Below are positions 1 to 10,961 of a stretch of 64,000 bases of DNA, piece after piece. Position numbers and translations under genes: made by a program. Under the pieces are notes generated by a model. That model saw only the letters and a list, made by a program, of their open reading frames with translations. It had not been told where the DNA came from and ran no database searches. The DNA lies in contig JAADVB010000009.1 in the NCBI GenBank assembly GCA_023334545.1, forward strand, positions 62,001 through 126,000, read 5' to 3'. This DNA comes from Salisapilia sapeloensis CBS 127946. Taxonomy: Eukaryota > Protista > Oomycota. Numbering within the stretch: position 1 is the first letter of the stretch; each line of letters begins with the position of its first letter.

Positions 1-1331
1 GTAGACAAGATCCTACCTAACTACGTTTCCCGGCAGGTTGGCAATGGCAAATAAGAAAGCGTTTCCGAATGGATTGTCCAGTCCAACGGTTTGGAAGATC
101 TTACTGATCCATGTCGATAAGCCATAGGAGCCGAAGCTAAGGCAGTAGGCTGTGAGCATTAGCAGCACTGTCGTACGTAGTTGTGGAGGTCGAAAGATGA
201 GTGGGACCAAGGACGCTTGGACACTCTGAAACACTTTGGCTTTCACTCGACTCTTGTCGTCCACTTCATCTACCATTTGGAACTGGACGTTACGAGACAA
301 ACCATTAACTTGATGTATATGCTGGATGACAGCATTCACTTTCTGTGGTTGAGACGTCGATGCAAGGAAGTGAACGCTTTCAGGAATGTAATAGTAGGCT
401 AGGAGGAGGCAGCACATCGATGGAAGACCAACGACTGCTGCAAACCATCGCCAGGATATGTCTAGGATGCGATTGCCATGTACGTCATTCCCGAGCATGA
501 TCCACGCCACTGCAGCTGTGCTGATGGACCCGACCATCCAAAAGCAGCACAGGATGGTAATGTATCGACCTCGAGACGATACAGGTACGTGTTCTAAACA
601 GAGCGCAAAGAGGGAGGAGACAACACCACCCACGCCTACGATTTTATGGATGAGGTAATGAAGAGAGAGGGAGGGAGGATGGTGGGATACCAAGCCCGGC
701 GAGCGTTCGGAAGAGAATGAGCCAATAGATGTTCGGCGAAAAGGAAGAGAAGAAGGCGGAGGATGCGTTGATGAACAATGTAGTGAGCAAAACAGGTTTG
801 CGACCGTACAAGTCTCCCACGATACCACCGATAAAGCCACCGACGAGCATCCCGGCAAAGACAGAGGCTGTCAACAGGCCTAGAGACAGCACTTTAGTTC
901 ATATGTGGCCACAGGCGGACTGTGGGAGATGTTTACTTGACTGCCATGCAGTAATTGTGCCTTCACTGTCCTCGTATACGGTCAGGATATACCCGATAGC
1001 AAGAATCTCGACGGCATCCGCGACATTGCCCAGCCCCAATATCCTGTCATGGCGCATGTTACAATAAGACCACGTCTAGATATGACAGCAGAGTATCGTA
1101 AGACATACGTGACAATGCGTCTCTGAAAGTATCCACACCCGATCGCCTCCATCTCCTGTAATATCACAAACGATGCCTCTTATTAGACAAAAAACAAGCT
1201 TTACATGCTCCTTTAAGCATCCTACGAACACATACGTCATGCACAGCTTGCTTGAGCTCCTTGGTATCATTGACCAAGACAGTACCGTCATCCTCCACCG
1301 CAGGAGGTGACGGTGATCGCTCTACCGACAT
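1..1331 (-). CDS. MFS transporter, SV2/SVOP-like; multi-exon, 3' end runs off the window
   Basis: Spliced reading MSVERSPSPP...(intron)...EMEAIGCGYFQRRIV...LGLGNVADAVEILAIGYIL...GMLVGGFIGGIVGDLYGRKPVLL (MFS motif A)...FRTLAGLG/IGG...EHVPVSSRGRY...WRW...IPES. ATG at 1331; GT..AG introns join ORFs 982-1167, 644-892 and 13-858. Confidence 0.9.
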
Positions 1332-1527
1332 GTCCAGCATCAGTCTGGCGGGTCGTGTACCCTGCCTCCGGATTGTAACATTTAACCGACATAACGGTGA
1401 CCTTCACTTCAAAGACAGCAGATGTACGTGGGATGCGGCAGCTCTCATTCCCAGATTCTTTTGCTTTATTCGACCATCTCTTCATCATCTCATTCCTGTA
1501 ACCCCTTCTTGTACTGGAATTGGATCT

Positions 1528-3832
1528 ATGGCTACTACTTCATTGGATCCAGTCGCTACAAGTGACGAGCAAAAGGGTGTGATGAATGCACAAGAGGAAG
1601 GTGGCAAGTACATGTGCGACGATTGTGAGCAGTATAGGGAGCAACTAGTCGATTGTGAAGCTTGTGGACTTTGTTACTGTACCGAATGTGATGCTCAAAT
1701 GCATCGAAAGGGAAAATTACGCTTCCATACGCGTCAAAATGCTGTTATGAACAATCAACCGGAGACGGATGAGCACGATGGCGTCCTACCAGACGACGTC
1801 ATGTCCTGGAGACAGAGGCATGTAGACCATTGGCTATCCGTACACTCCCTCACGACCTTCGAGAATGATTTTCATGCAGACTATGTTGATGGACCCTTCC
1901 TCTTACTTGGTGACATCGAGAGCTTCATTGAGTCGACGTCCAGAACCTCGAGAGGCCTGCGTAAAAAGCTACAGCGAGAGATACATAAAATCCGCTCTCA
2001 GCACCAAACCAAGACGAAATCTCCTGTTCGAAGTGCAAGCCAACAGCTTATGCAGCGTCGTCACACGACCATGCATATGCCTCGATATCAGAATAACCAG
2101 GTGTCTGCTAGCGAACGACCTGCTCGGAGACGCTCTGTCGTCCGCCAGGGGCTCAGTCTGCGAGTAAATGTCGATGCAGAGCCAACTTCCACAGCGTTCC
2201 GTCCTCCATTTTCTCCTGTGACGCCTGAAAGTCAAAAGAAGTGGTCGGATGCAGACTTTGCGGTTGACAACAATGCAGAGAATCGGCGTCGATCGAGTAG
2301 TTCAAAAGCAGAGTCTTTGTCTCGTCGGCGAGAAAGCTTTCGTCCGTCATTGGCACCTCTCTTAGTCGAGAGTGAAGTGTCGAATCGAGCTGATCGGAAG
2401 AAAAAGATGGAACTAGACATTGATTTGCAGCAAGTGAAGAAGGATGAGCACGAGATTGCTGCATCATTTGATTTTTCAGACACTGGGAGACTACAGACAC
2501 AAGGCTTTGATATAAACGTAATGACATTTAGTAGCAACATGTGGTAACCTAGAGACTAATACTTCGTACGACGTAGCCGGACGGAATCACGCACGTCCCG
2601 TCTTCTAAATTCCCAAAACGACACGGGACAAGTCCAGTCGGGACAAAGGACTGTCTATTGATGCTCCAGGAGCTTGGACAAGGCGCTGGTGGAAAAGTGT
2701 ACAAGGCCATGTACCTCCCGACGTTCCAATTCGTAGCTGTAAAAGTCATTCGTATCTATGAACAGCAGAAACGTCGTCAAATGGTGCGTGAGCTCAAGTC
2801 TTTGTACGCGAATTTTTCCGACTTAAATGATCCTACGGCTCATGGTGCCTGCACGGAGCTTGTGGAGTTCTATGACGCGTACACGAATCCGTCCGTTGGC
2901 TCTGTGTCTATCGTTTTGGAGCTCATGGATGGTGGATCTCTCCAGGATCGCGTGAATGACGGGCAGAGAACGATCGATGAGATGGAGATCGCTCAAGTCG
3001 CTTACGGCGCCTTAAAAGGTCTCTCCTACCTCCATGCGCATCATCAGCTGCATCGAGATATCAAGCTTAGTAACATGCTTGTGAACCATCAAGGACAAGT
3101 CAAGGTAGGCTGCGTGCATAGGATTGATAGAGACGAATGTAACGAGTGGATGTAGATTTCGGACTTTGGTATCTCGAGAGACCTCGAGAGTACATTAGCG
3201 AAAGCCACGACGTTTACAGGAACACTGCTGTACGTAGATCTAGTTACAACGTAAAAGACGCTTGTTGATATCGTGTGGATGACAGGTACATGGCTCCAGA
3301 GAGGATTAGTGGCGGCATGTACTCGTACCCTTCGGACATTTGGTCCTTTGGTCTGGCAATGATGGCGTATGCGACCGGAGAGCTGCCAGTGCCGACTAAA
3401 GAAGGGTACTGGGGTGTCGTCCATGCCGTTCGAGAACTGCCATCTCCGAAACTGTCGGACTGTGCACCGGGATTTTCATCGGATCTTTGTGACTTCGTAG
3501 ATAGTTGTTTGCATAAGAACCCAGCGATGCGACTGACAGCTCAGCAATTACTCGAGCATGACTTTATAAAGAAGAACTACCATCCTCCCGATCAAAGTGA
3601 CACGTTCCCACCAGCTTTAGATATGAACAAGAGCATATCAGAGTTAAAAGAGATTGCCAAGAAAACACAAATGTGGTGTCAAGAACAGTTACAGTCATCT
3701 CGAGGTGAAAAGCTCAAGGTGAATTTCGCACGCACTTGTGCTCAAGAAAAGGTGGCGGCACTAGTGAAACAGACTCGACTACCGACGGATGCTGTCCAAG
3801 ATATGTTTGCATTCTTATCTGCGTACTGTTAA
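1528..3832 (+). CDS. MAP kinase kinase (STE7 family) with N-terminal B-box zinc finger and SAM-like domain
   Basis: Introns 2518-2576, 3105-3155 and 3230-3285 join three ORFs in frame. Kinase motifs: GQGAGGKV, VAVK, HRDIKLSN, DFGISRDLESTLAKATTFTGTLLYMAPERI, DIWSFG. B-box: CDDC...CEACGLCYCTECDAQMH...H. SAM-like: WRQRHVDHWL...F.NDF....VDGPFLL. Start could be 1528 or 1582. Confidence 0.9.
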
Positions 3833-3951
3833 ATCTGAAATATACATTGCCTACAGTTGAAATACTTCACTTGTCGGATCTTCTGTGGTAAATGGAAAGA
3901 GCGCAGGCGATAGACTAGATCAAGTCCAGTGCCATTGAAAAAGACATCAAC

Positions 3952-5088
3952 ATGGACGACGGAGAAGAGCGCAGGTTGTCAGTGTTACCGGACGCTACCT
4001 CCATGGACCCAAGCATCAAGTCGAATGCCAGGATCACGCAGATGATGGAGCATGCGAATCGTCATGTGGAAAAGGCGATGCGAAAGCAGGAGCAGGAGAA
4101 TGAAGGACAGTATCTTGGCGACTTTTGTCTCTTGGAGGAAGAAGCGCGGAGAGGAAGCAAGATGCGAGCGCTACGGAACTCGATGCAGAAGAAAGCTAGA
4201 GGACTGCTTGGAAAGTTGGGTGTTAAACATCCAGGTGAAGCGGCCGAGATGGAGAATGATCGGTACAATCGTCTCAAGCAAGAGTCTGAGATGATGGAGA
4301 CGCAGCTAAAACAGGCAGAGATGCATCGGACGAACTTCCAAAGTGCGCTGGAGCACTTGGCAACGAATAGCGAAGCGATGCATGACCTTGGTGTCGCGAA
4401 CAGTGCAACGTTCATGGACAGATACAAGAGTGCTAACTACCTGATCACGGACTTGGTGGTATTTGCTTGCATGCCATAGACTTCTAACTAACACTAACAA
4501 ATTTTCTTTTTTTATGTAGACGAGATTGGATATGAATGTCGCACCGGAGACCCGAGACAAGATTCATCACGTGAAAGAGCTGAAGCGTTGGATCGGATAT
4601 CGTCAGGAGTTGAAGCTTCAAATGGAGGAAGCTCGCAAAGACGTATACTGTGATTTATACTGCCTTAAAGCATATTCGACACGTTGTACATGCTCTAGTT
4701 GGCGCGGATGCAGCGCTTTAAAGGACTGAAAGTTGGCGAATTTCAACGGAAGGAGGCAAGTCAACGAGAAAAGGTAGTTTTCGCATTATTCCAACCATTC
4801 CTACGAAGGACCTCATTGCTATCTCTACGTATAAAGTTTCACGCCCTTCGTCGCCGTTTGCATGCGCTCACGGATGTGCTGGAAGAAATCTTCCAGTTCA
4901 ATGCGCAACTAAAGAGTTGTGTCGTTGACCCAGAACTCGCTGTGGTAACTTGGACTACATGCATTTATACGAATCCTATTAAAACTTACGAGATACTGAT
5001 ACAGATTCGCAATGAAGTCAATGCGCTTTTCACTGCCTTATGTGGTCTGTGGCCAGAAGTCGCGCACGTCCGTGTTGATGACAACTAA
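3952..5088 (+). CDS. Coiled-coil protein, BAR-domain-like; about 5 exons
   Basis: ORFs 3952-4479, 4526-4729 and 4699-5088 join in frame via introns about 4459-4519 and 4643-4698. Likely further introns 4774-4836 and 4945-5004. The product is all-helical, with a BAR-like pattern by eye only. Confidence 0.6.
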
Positions 5089-5529
5089 CGACTAGCTGAT
5101 ATACGAGAGATCAACCCATTTGAGAGATAGCTACGACCTTCGTACTTGATTTAATACATCTAGCTAGCAAGTATGACCTCGTACACAGCCTTCTTTCCCT
5201 TCTTAACTATGTTAACGTCTCTACATGCCAACTATCGATTTTAAAGTAAGGTTCCGCTGCCTGCGGAACCAGGCAATAGGGTACAGTCAAGACTTGGAAC
5301 GACGAAAGAGACATGATAAGACTGGAGTATTTTTAGCATCATATAGTATACCTTCAACAAACCCATGGTCTTCTGCTATCAACATATTCCGATCTTTCAC
5401 TCTCCGAGTTGCTAGGAACTACGCACTTTTCTCCAAAGCGACACCGACAGAAGCGGATATGCCGACCAAAGGTATCTCGATAAACCACTTCAAAAAGATG
5501 ATGGATGAAATATTTTGAGCCTGAGTTGG

Positions 5530-6230
5530 GCCATCCGAGGATTTATGTGACAGACCAAGCGAAGCGCTTGCTTCACACACGCTTGAGACGGCATAACTCT
5601 ATCAATGAAGCGATAATTCGCCCTTTAACCGACTATATAATTGCCTATGAGGAACCTTAACTTCGGTACGTCGGCGTCGTATGAACTCTGCACTCGGGTT
5701 TCTTTCGGCTCACTTTCCGTTTTCGATGTGGGTCCACTTTAGATACGGGTGCGCGAGGCCTTATGTGACGAACACATACTTTTCAGCTCTGAGCTTTCTT
5801 TATGCGGCCCAACGCCTGATGTTCACGTTTGCATACTTCTAGGCCGCAATCAAAGTTAGGGAGAAGATTAGTGGGCTTAAGATCCCGATGCAGCACGTTG
5901 ATCAAGCCCATGTACTTGATGTCTGAGACAGGGTTTGGAAGTAGTCAATTAATTAATACATTAAACACCATCAAGCTTGATCTTTGCGAGAAAAAACCGA
6001 CGAGATGCATTCAAGCGCGGTATCCATGATCAAGGACAACAAGACCGACGACATTAGCAAGAGCAACTGTATTTTTATGTTTGTCGTGGTGATGAGAAAG
6101 CTACCGCACTATTTGAATTTCAGGCTACGGACATCTTGGTCACGTATCCTCTCAACTACTTCCACGGCGGTGCAGCTTTCCAAAGACGACTATGTTAATC
6201 TTGTCAATCTCGATATACGTTCTACTTCCA
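5530..6230 (-). pseudogene. Heavily decayed MAP kinase (CMGC) relic
   Basis: Minus strand 5920-5825 reads [30 protein letters not shown], matching MAPK [30 protein letters not shown]. Collinear fragments in other frames, separated by stops and frameshifts: KHKNTVALANV, IMDTAL (cf. LMETDL), RPRAP, ALRLV..ILGWP. Boundaries approximate. Confidence 0.6.
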
Positions 6231-6401
6231 GCTGTCTTCCTGGCTTAACTTTTCATTGCATTTATTCAAGTCATGCACTACTTTTCTACATCAAATATCT
6301 TCAATTTCCTATTATAATTGTACCCTCATACTTGTATATATGAACAAGTTCGTCGCATACTCCCGACCGAGATCAAATCAACGAAACGTCGAAGGACGAG
6401 C

Positions 6402-7758
6402 ATGTCTTTCTTCGGCCTCAGTCGCTCAACGCCTTCACGGACAACACAAGAAACGCGGCAAAGTGAATTAGAACGCCTGTATGTACATCCTAGTCATTGC
6501 ATCTATCGTCTACGCACATTCAATGTGCCACAAGCGAGCATTTAGAATGCATGTACACTTCAATTCTGGTCTATACGATACTAAGAAGCTACGCAATTGA
6601 TGTAGACGAGGTCGTCAGCTAGCCAGCCTCGTCCGTGCAGGCGGCCGAGCACGGAACCACCAACAGACCATGTTCGAAGTGGCCATCGGTCAAACACATC
6701 GAGGTCGTCTATCACTCGTCCTGTACGTCCTCCCTCATCTAACTTTAGACCGCATACCATACGCTCTAGACGATCGATTCTCATGCATATACACACAGGA
6801 CATTGCCTACCGATTTCCCCATGAAAGCACCCGATGTATATGTAGGAACTAAAGTCGATATAGTAATAATTGCCATCCTTAATTATACAAGTAGACATCC
6901 ATGGCCGTTCGGCACCCATGGCTGGACTCCACCGGCAACGTCCGAGGTCATGAAGATTTAAACCAGTGGACAGCTCACTCGGACCTCGGTCGTATCGTGT
7001 CGGAGATTGTAAAAGAGCTTCGAAACTACTTGTCAGGTCATCGGTCTTCCAGTGATCCTCCTCCCCATCACACCTCTTCCCACTCGCACTCTTCTTCCTC
7101 TGGTCACGAGATGCCGACAGAAACCTTACGACGACTGTCTACACCTAACAACGACCAACCGCCTAGACAGGACAAGTCAGTAAAACACCAGTCGAGTCTA
7201 CAACGAACAGAGATGCCGTCCATCCCATCGGTGATACCAGAGCTAGACGATTTGTCACTAGAAGAGCTCGAGTCTCTATCGAAAGATGAGAAGGAGCGGA
7301 AGGAAATGGTCAAGAAGATGTCATCCGTCCAGTCGTTCATCCAGTTACAAGACGATGTGTTGAAAGGGAATATGGAGGTAGCAGAAGGCACCTTAGCATA
7401 TGAACAAGAGCTGACAGAAGTAAAGGAACAAGTGGAGGAGCTACGGACGAGCCTCCGACAGGCACAGGAAGAGCTTGCACACAAACAGAGTCGACAGCAG
7501 CATGTCGTTTCGGTACTTGTACTAGTCGATCGCTAGTAGATGTCTAGACTAACGTTGATATGGTAGAAACATCGACCGGAAGCATTGCTGGAGAAGGTGT
7601 CCATGTCTGCACACGAGATGGACGAAGTGTCAGATGAAGTCGCGACAGAGTTCTCACAAGGAGATATGGACGTCGCATCCTTTCTATCGACGTACTTGCC
7701 ACAACGACAGAAGTATCACGAACGGACGATCAAACTGCATAAAGTGACGGAGCAATAG
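6402..7758 (+). CDS. VPS37: ESCRT-I subunit VPS37 (UEV-like N-terminus plus Mod(r) domain); multi-exon
   Basis: MSFFGLSRS start at 6402; LPTDFPMKAP and VRHPWLD..G.V motifs. Last intron 7513-7566 leads to KHRPEALLEKV...EMDEVSDEVATEFSQGDMDVASFLSTYLPQRQKYHER..KL, stop TAG 7756-7758. Confidence 0.85.
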
Positions 7759-7922
7759 TTCCGAAAGCTCATACTTGAGACCCTCGTGCTTCCACAAGAT
7801 AAAGAGGATGTAGATGGCGACTATTTCAGCAATATACTTTGGACCATGCTTTCGACATACAGACACGAGACAAGTTCATGTAGACATAAGTAGCAAAGAT
7901 ATTAAAACGCTCTTAGATCACC

Positions 7923-10900
7923 TTAGGCCTGTGGATGCATGTCCACGTACATGAGACTCGCGACACACGTCATCATCATCTTGGGCTTGACTTCGACAAT
8001 GTCTTCGTACGTCAAGAAGACCGTCGCTCCGATCTTTTGCGCACAGCTGATGGCGTACTTGGCATTCATCTCCTTCTCCTCGTCCGTCGAGCCGTTCTGG
8101 ACCTGCTCCCAGTTCACAGCTCGAGGTTCCACGGCATGAACTAAATCCAAAAGGTACTTTCCGTCCGTCAGACTCGGGTCTTTGAACGCAACGATCTGGT
8201 GCTTGATCTTGCCTCCGTCCAGGACCTTTTGATTCGCCCACGCGAGAACGTCTTTATCGGTCACAGCACCCATGCCTTGTCCTTGTGCCAACTCCGTCAA
8301 GAGCTTGAGCTGATGGTATCGCATGGCTTGCCAGATGATCGACAGAATGAGTTTCTTACTCCCGTCAAAGATGTCTGCACCCCCGATGTTCACGAGCGAG
8401 AACTTGAGACGCTTGCCAATGTCGACGCAGTAGTTACAGTTCTCCACCTTTTTAAAGTTGTTACGAGCAGGGTCGTTGACGCGATGCCAGTCGACACTTC
8501 CTTTCTCGATTGCGTCATACATCTTCAAGAGGTTGAGACCTTCACGAACGTCTGCAAAAAGGTTGTGAATGTACACATCGTCAATGCCGAGAGAGTTGAT
8601 CCACAGTCGGAACACACGTTCTTCACGCGTGTCTCCACTATCGTCGTACAAGACTTCTTCTAGTTGCTTCACGTCTTCTTCCACCACTTCCAATGCAGGA
8701 CAAGTATTGAAGAGCTGTGCGACGAACGACATGTTCAGCTTCGGATTCCCACTCGTGATGTCTCGTGGCTTGATGAACGTCTCCACATCCAACTTGCGAG
8801 CGTTCTCGATGACATGCGCAGCACGTTCTTCTGGTACGTTCTCACGACACAAGTCGCAAGTCGATGGAGCAATGTGGTGTAGAAGAACACTATATGCCTC
8901 AGCGTCACGAACGTCAGAGCTAAAGTTTGTGATGGTCTTCGGGTGTCCAGCTGCCTTGAGATGGTAGTTGACCCATCGGAGCAAGATCTGGTCAGGCGGG
9001 AGTTTCATGAACTCGTCCAGACTCTCGCCTTCAAATAGCAAGCGCATGAGCTCTGGATGGTTCTTCAAGTTGATAGTCGACGTCAGCTGGATCTTGATGA
9101 TCTGCCACACCAGTCCAAGCACCAGGATCGGTCGACCTTCGATTAAGTCCGACGGGCCAATGTTCACGACACTGCAGCCAATGGCCTTGGCAGCGTTGAT
9201 TGTCAAATTGAGGTTCTCCGTCATCTCATACACATTCAACGTGTGCTTGTTCTTCTTCTTAAAGTTCATCGCGCGCTCGTCAATCGACTCGGGAACGGCA
9301 GCATTGATCAACTTGCACAAGAGAATTCCATCACTGACGCTTCGGAACAATCCATCGTTCATGTCCAATGGCATCATCTCCTGCAAGTGACTATCCGTCT
9401 GCAGCGTGTTGTTAATATGCTGCGTAAACGCCACTTTCTCTTCCTCTGAGTACGAGTGCAGACCACCCGCTGCTCCTTTCACTTCATGGATCTTGGCGTT
9501 TGGACCATGGTGAACGTTTCCTGGGTTGATCGTACTCGAGCGTCGCTGCAGCGAGCTCATAGCGTGTGAGTTCAATGCCTTGGCACTTTCTGTGGCTGCT
9601 GGCGTCTCCGTCGGAGCAGGTTCTGGCGTACTGGGTGCAGGTTTCGGCGGCATTTGCTGGTTGGAAGGGGAAACGGGAGGCCATTGCTTCGCTTTCGCTG
9701 GACTTCTTGGAGGCCATTGTGACGCGATTGGGCGAGATGGAGAAGCAGGAGGGCCTTGTTTCACCGGAGAAGATGTGGCCCACTGCTGCTTATCTTTGGC
9801 CCATGGAGAAGCGTTGACTGGCTTCGACGGTGGTGTGCCTGGTACTGGTGCTGCTTCCACAGGGCTCGTGTGTGCAGGAGGCCACTGTGGTTTCGCGTTG
9901 GCCCAAGGAGAGGCATTTGCTGGTTTGGAAGGAGAAATTGGAGGAGCTGGTGCCTTTTCGACAGCATCCGAATGAGCAGGAGGCCATTGTGGCTTCGGCT
10001 TTGCCCATGGAGAAGCACTGACAGGCTTTGCGGGAGAAGCAGGCGATGTTGGTGGCTTTTGTGCTGCAGCCGGGCGAGTAGCAGGCCATTGTGGCTTTGT
10101 GTTGGCCCATGAAGACGCATTAGCAGGCTTTACAGGGGAGGCAGGAGGCGTTGGTTGCTTGTTCGTAGCATCCGAATGCGTAGTAGGCCATTGCGCTTTC
10201 TTATTAGCCCATGGAGAAGCATTAACAGGCTTTGGAGGTGAAGCAGGTGGTGTAGGCTGCTTTTCAACTGCTTCTGAATGGGTAGGAGGCCACTGTGGCT
10301 TCGTATTGGCCCACGGAGACGCATTAGCAGGTTTCACAGGAGAAGCAGGCGGCGTTGGCGGCTTCTGCACAGGGCTTGTATGAGTGGGAGGCCACTGTGG
10401 CTTCGTATTGGCCCACGGTGATGCATTACCTTGCTTTGGAGAGGATGGTGGAGGTGTTGGCTGCTTCTCTACTGAATCCGACTCGGCCGAAAACCACTCT
10501 GGCTTGGATTTTGTAGGCAGTGCGGGTGCGTCTGCTGGCTGCACAGGCGGCCACTGGGACTTTGGCGAAGGTCCGTTGTCACTCGGACTTGACGGGTCTT
10601 CGCTCGGGAACCACGGCTTCGATACTTTTGGTTGCTCTTCCCCCTCCGAAGATTCATCCTCGACGGAAACATTGGCCATGGACGGCGCAAGTTCAATGGC
10701 ACCTGTGCGGTAGTCGTAGATGAGACTAAGGAATTGCTGGAAGTTGATGTTATTTTCATGATCCAAGCTGTGTTGTTGCAGCATATTGTTCGTCTGACCT
10801 GCATCCAGGTCTTCCCCAAGTTCTACGAGCACTTGGTGCACTTCCGTCCGCGGGACAGCGGCGCAATAGTCATGGTCATGCATTTTGAAAACGCGTTTGA

Positions 10901-10961
10901 GCTCATGAATGTCTTTGGGTGAAAACTTTTGGAGAAACGAAGACGGTAGTTGGTAGCTCAT
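7923..10961 (-). CDS. FIM: Fimbrin/plastin (degenerate EF-hands, long Pro-rich repeat linker, four CH domains), 1012 aa, intronless
   Basis: HSYSEEEKVAFTQHIN, DGILLCKLINAAVPESIDERA, ENLNLTINAAKAIGCSVVNIG, LVLGLVWQIIKIQL, PPDQILLRWVNYHLK, DTREERVFRLWINSLG and IVEVKPKMMMT are all fimbrin hallmarks. Confidence 0.95.
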   Translation of the reverse strand: MSYQLPSSFLQKFSPKDIHELKRVFKMHDHDYCAAVPRTEVHQVLVELGEDLDAGQTNNMLQQHSLDHENNINFQQFLSLIYDYRTGAIELAPSMANVSVEDESSEGEEQPKVSKPWFPSEDPSSPSDNGPSPKSQWPPVQPADAPALPTKSKPEWFSAESDSVEKQPTPPPSSPKQGNASPWANTKPQWPPTHTSPVQKPPTPPASPVKPANASPWANTKPQWPPTHSEAVEKQPTPPASPPKPVNASPWANKKAQWPTTHSDATNKQPTPPASPVKPANASSWANTKPQWPATRPAAAQKPPTSPASPAKPVSASPWAKPKPQWPPAHSDAVEKAPAPPISPSKPANASPWANAKPQWPPAHTSPVEAAPVPGTPPSKPVNASPWAKDKQQWATSSPVKQGPPASPSRPIASQWPPRSPAKAKQWPPVSPSNQQMPPKPAPSTPEPAPTETPAATESAKALNSHAMSSLQRRSSTINPGNVHHGPNAKIHEVKGAAGGLHSYSEEEKVAFTQHINNTLQTDSHLQEMMPLDMNDGLFRSVSDGILLCKLINAAVPESIDERAMNFKKKNKHTLNVYEMTENLNLTINAAKAIGCSVVNIGPSDLIEGRPILVLGLVWQIIKIQLTSTINLKNHPELMRLLFEGESLDEFMKLPPDQILLRWVNYHLKAAGHPKTITNFSSDVRDAEAYSVLLHHIAPSTCDLCRENVPEERAAHVIENARKLDVETFIKPRDITSGNPKLNMSFVAQLFNTCPALEVVEEDVKQLEEVLYDDSGDTREERVFRLWINSLGIDDVYIHNLFADVREGLNLLKMYDAIEKGSVDWHRVNDPARNNFKKVENCNYCVDIGKRLKFSLVNIGGADIFDGSKKLILSIIWQAMRYHQLKLLTELAQGQGMGAVTDKDVLAWANQKVLDGGKIKHQIVAFKDPSLTDGKYLLDLVHAVEPRAVNWEQVQNGSTDEEKEMNAKYAISCAQKIGATVFLTYEDIVEVKPKMMMTCVASLMYVDMHPQA
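9775..10510 (-). repeat. Coding tandem repeat, about 7 x 102 bp (34 aa: ASPWANTKPQWPPTHxxxVxKxPTPPASPxKPxN)
   Basis: The forward motif GCCCA(T/C/A)G(G/A)(A/T)GA recurs near 9798, 9901, 10003, 10105, 10207, 10309 and 10411, spaced 102-103 bp, inside the fimbrin ORF. Confidence 0.95.

Noticed and set aside
5225-5518. 97-aa plus-strand ORF
   Set aside because: No motifs or codon bias; it lies at the decayed end of the opposite-strand MAPK relic.
9775-10510. Regular repeat array as a CRISPR or satellite
   Set aside because: The units are 102 bp, in frame, vary mainly at synonymous or conservative sites, have no unique spacers and lie inside a eukaryotic ORF.
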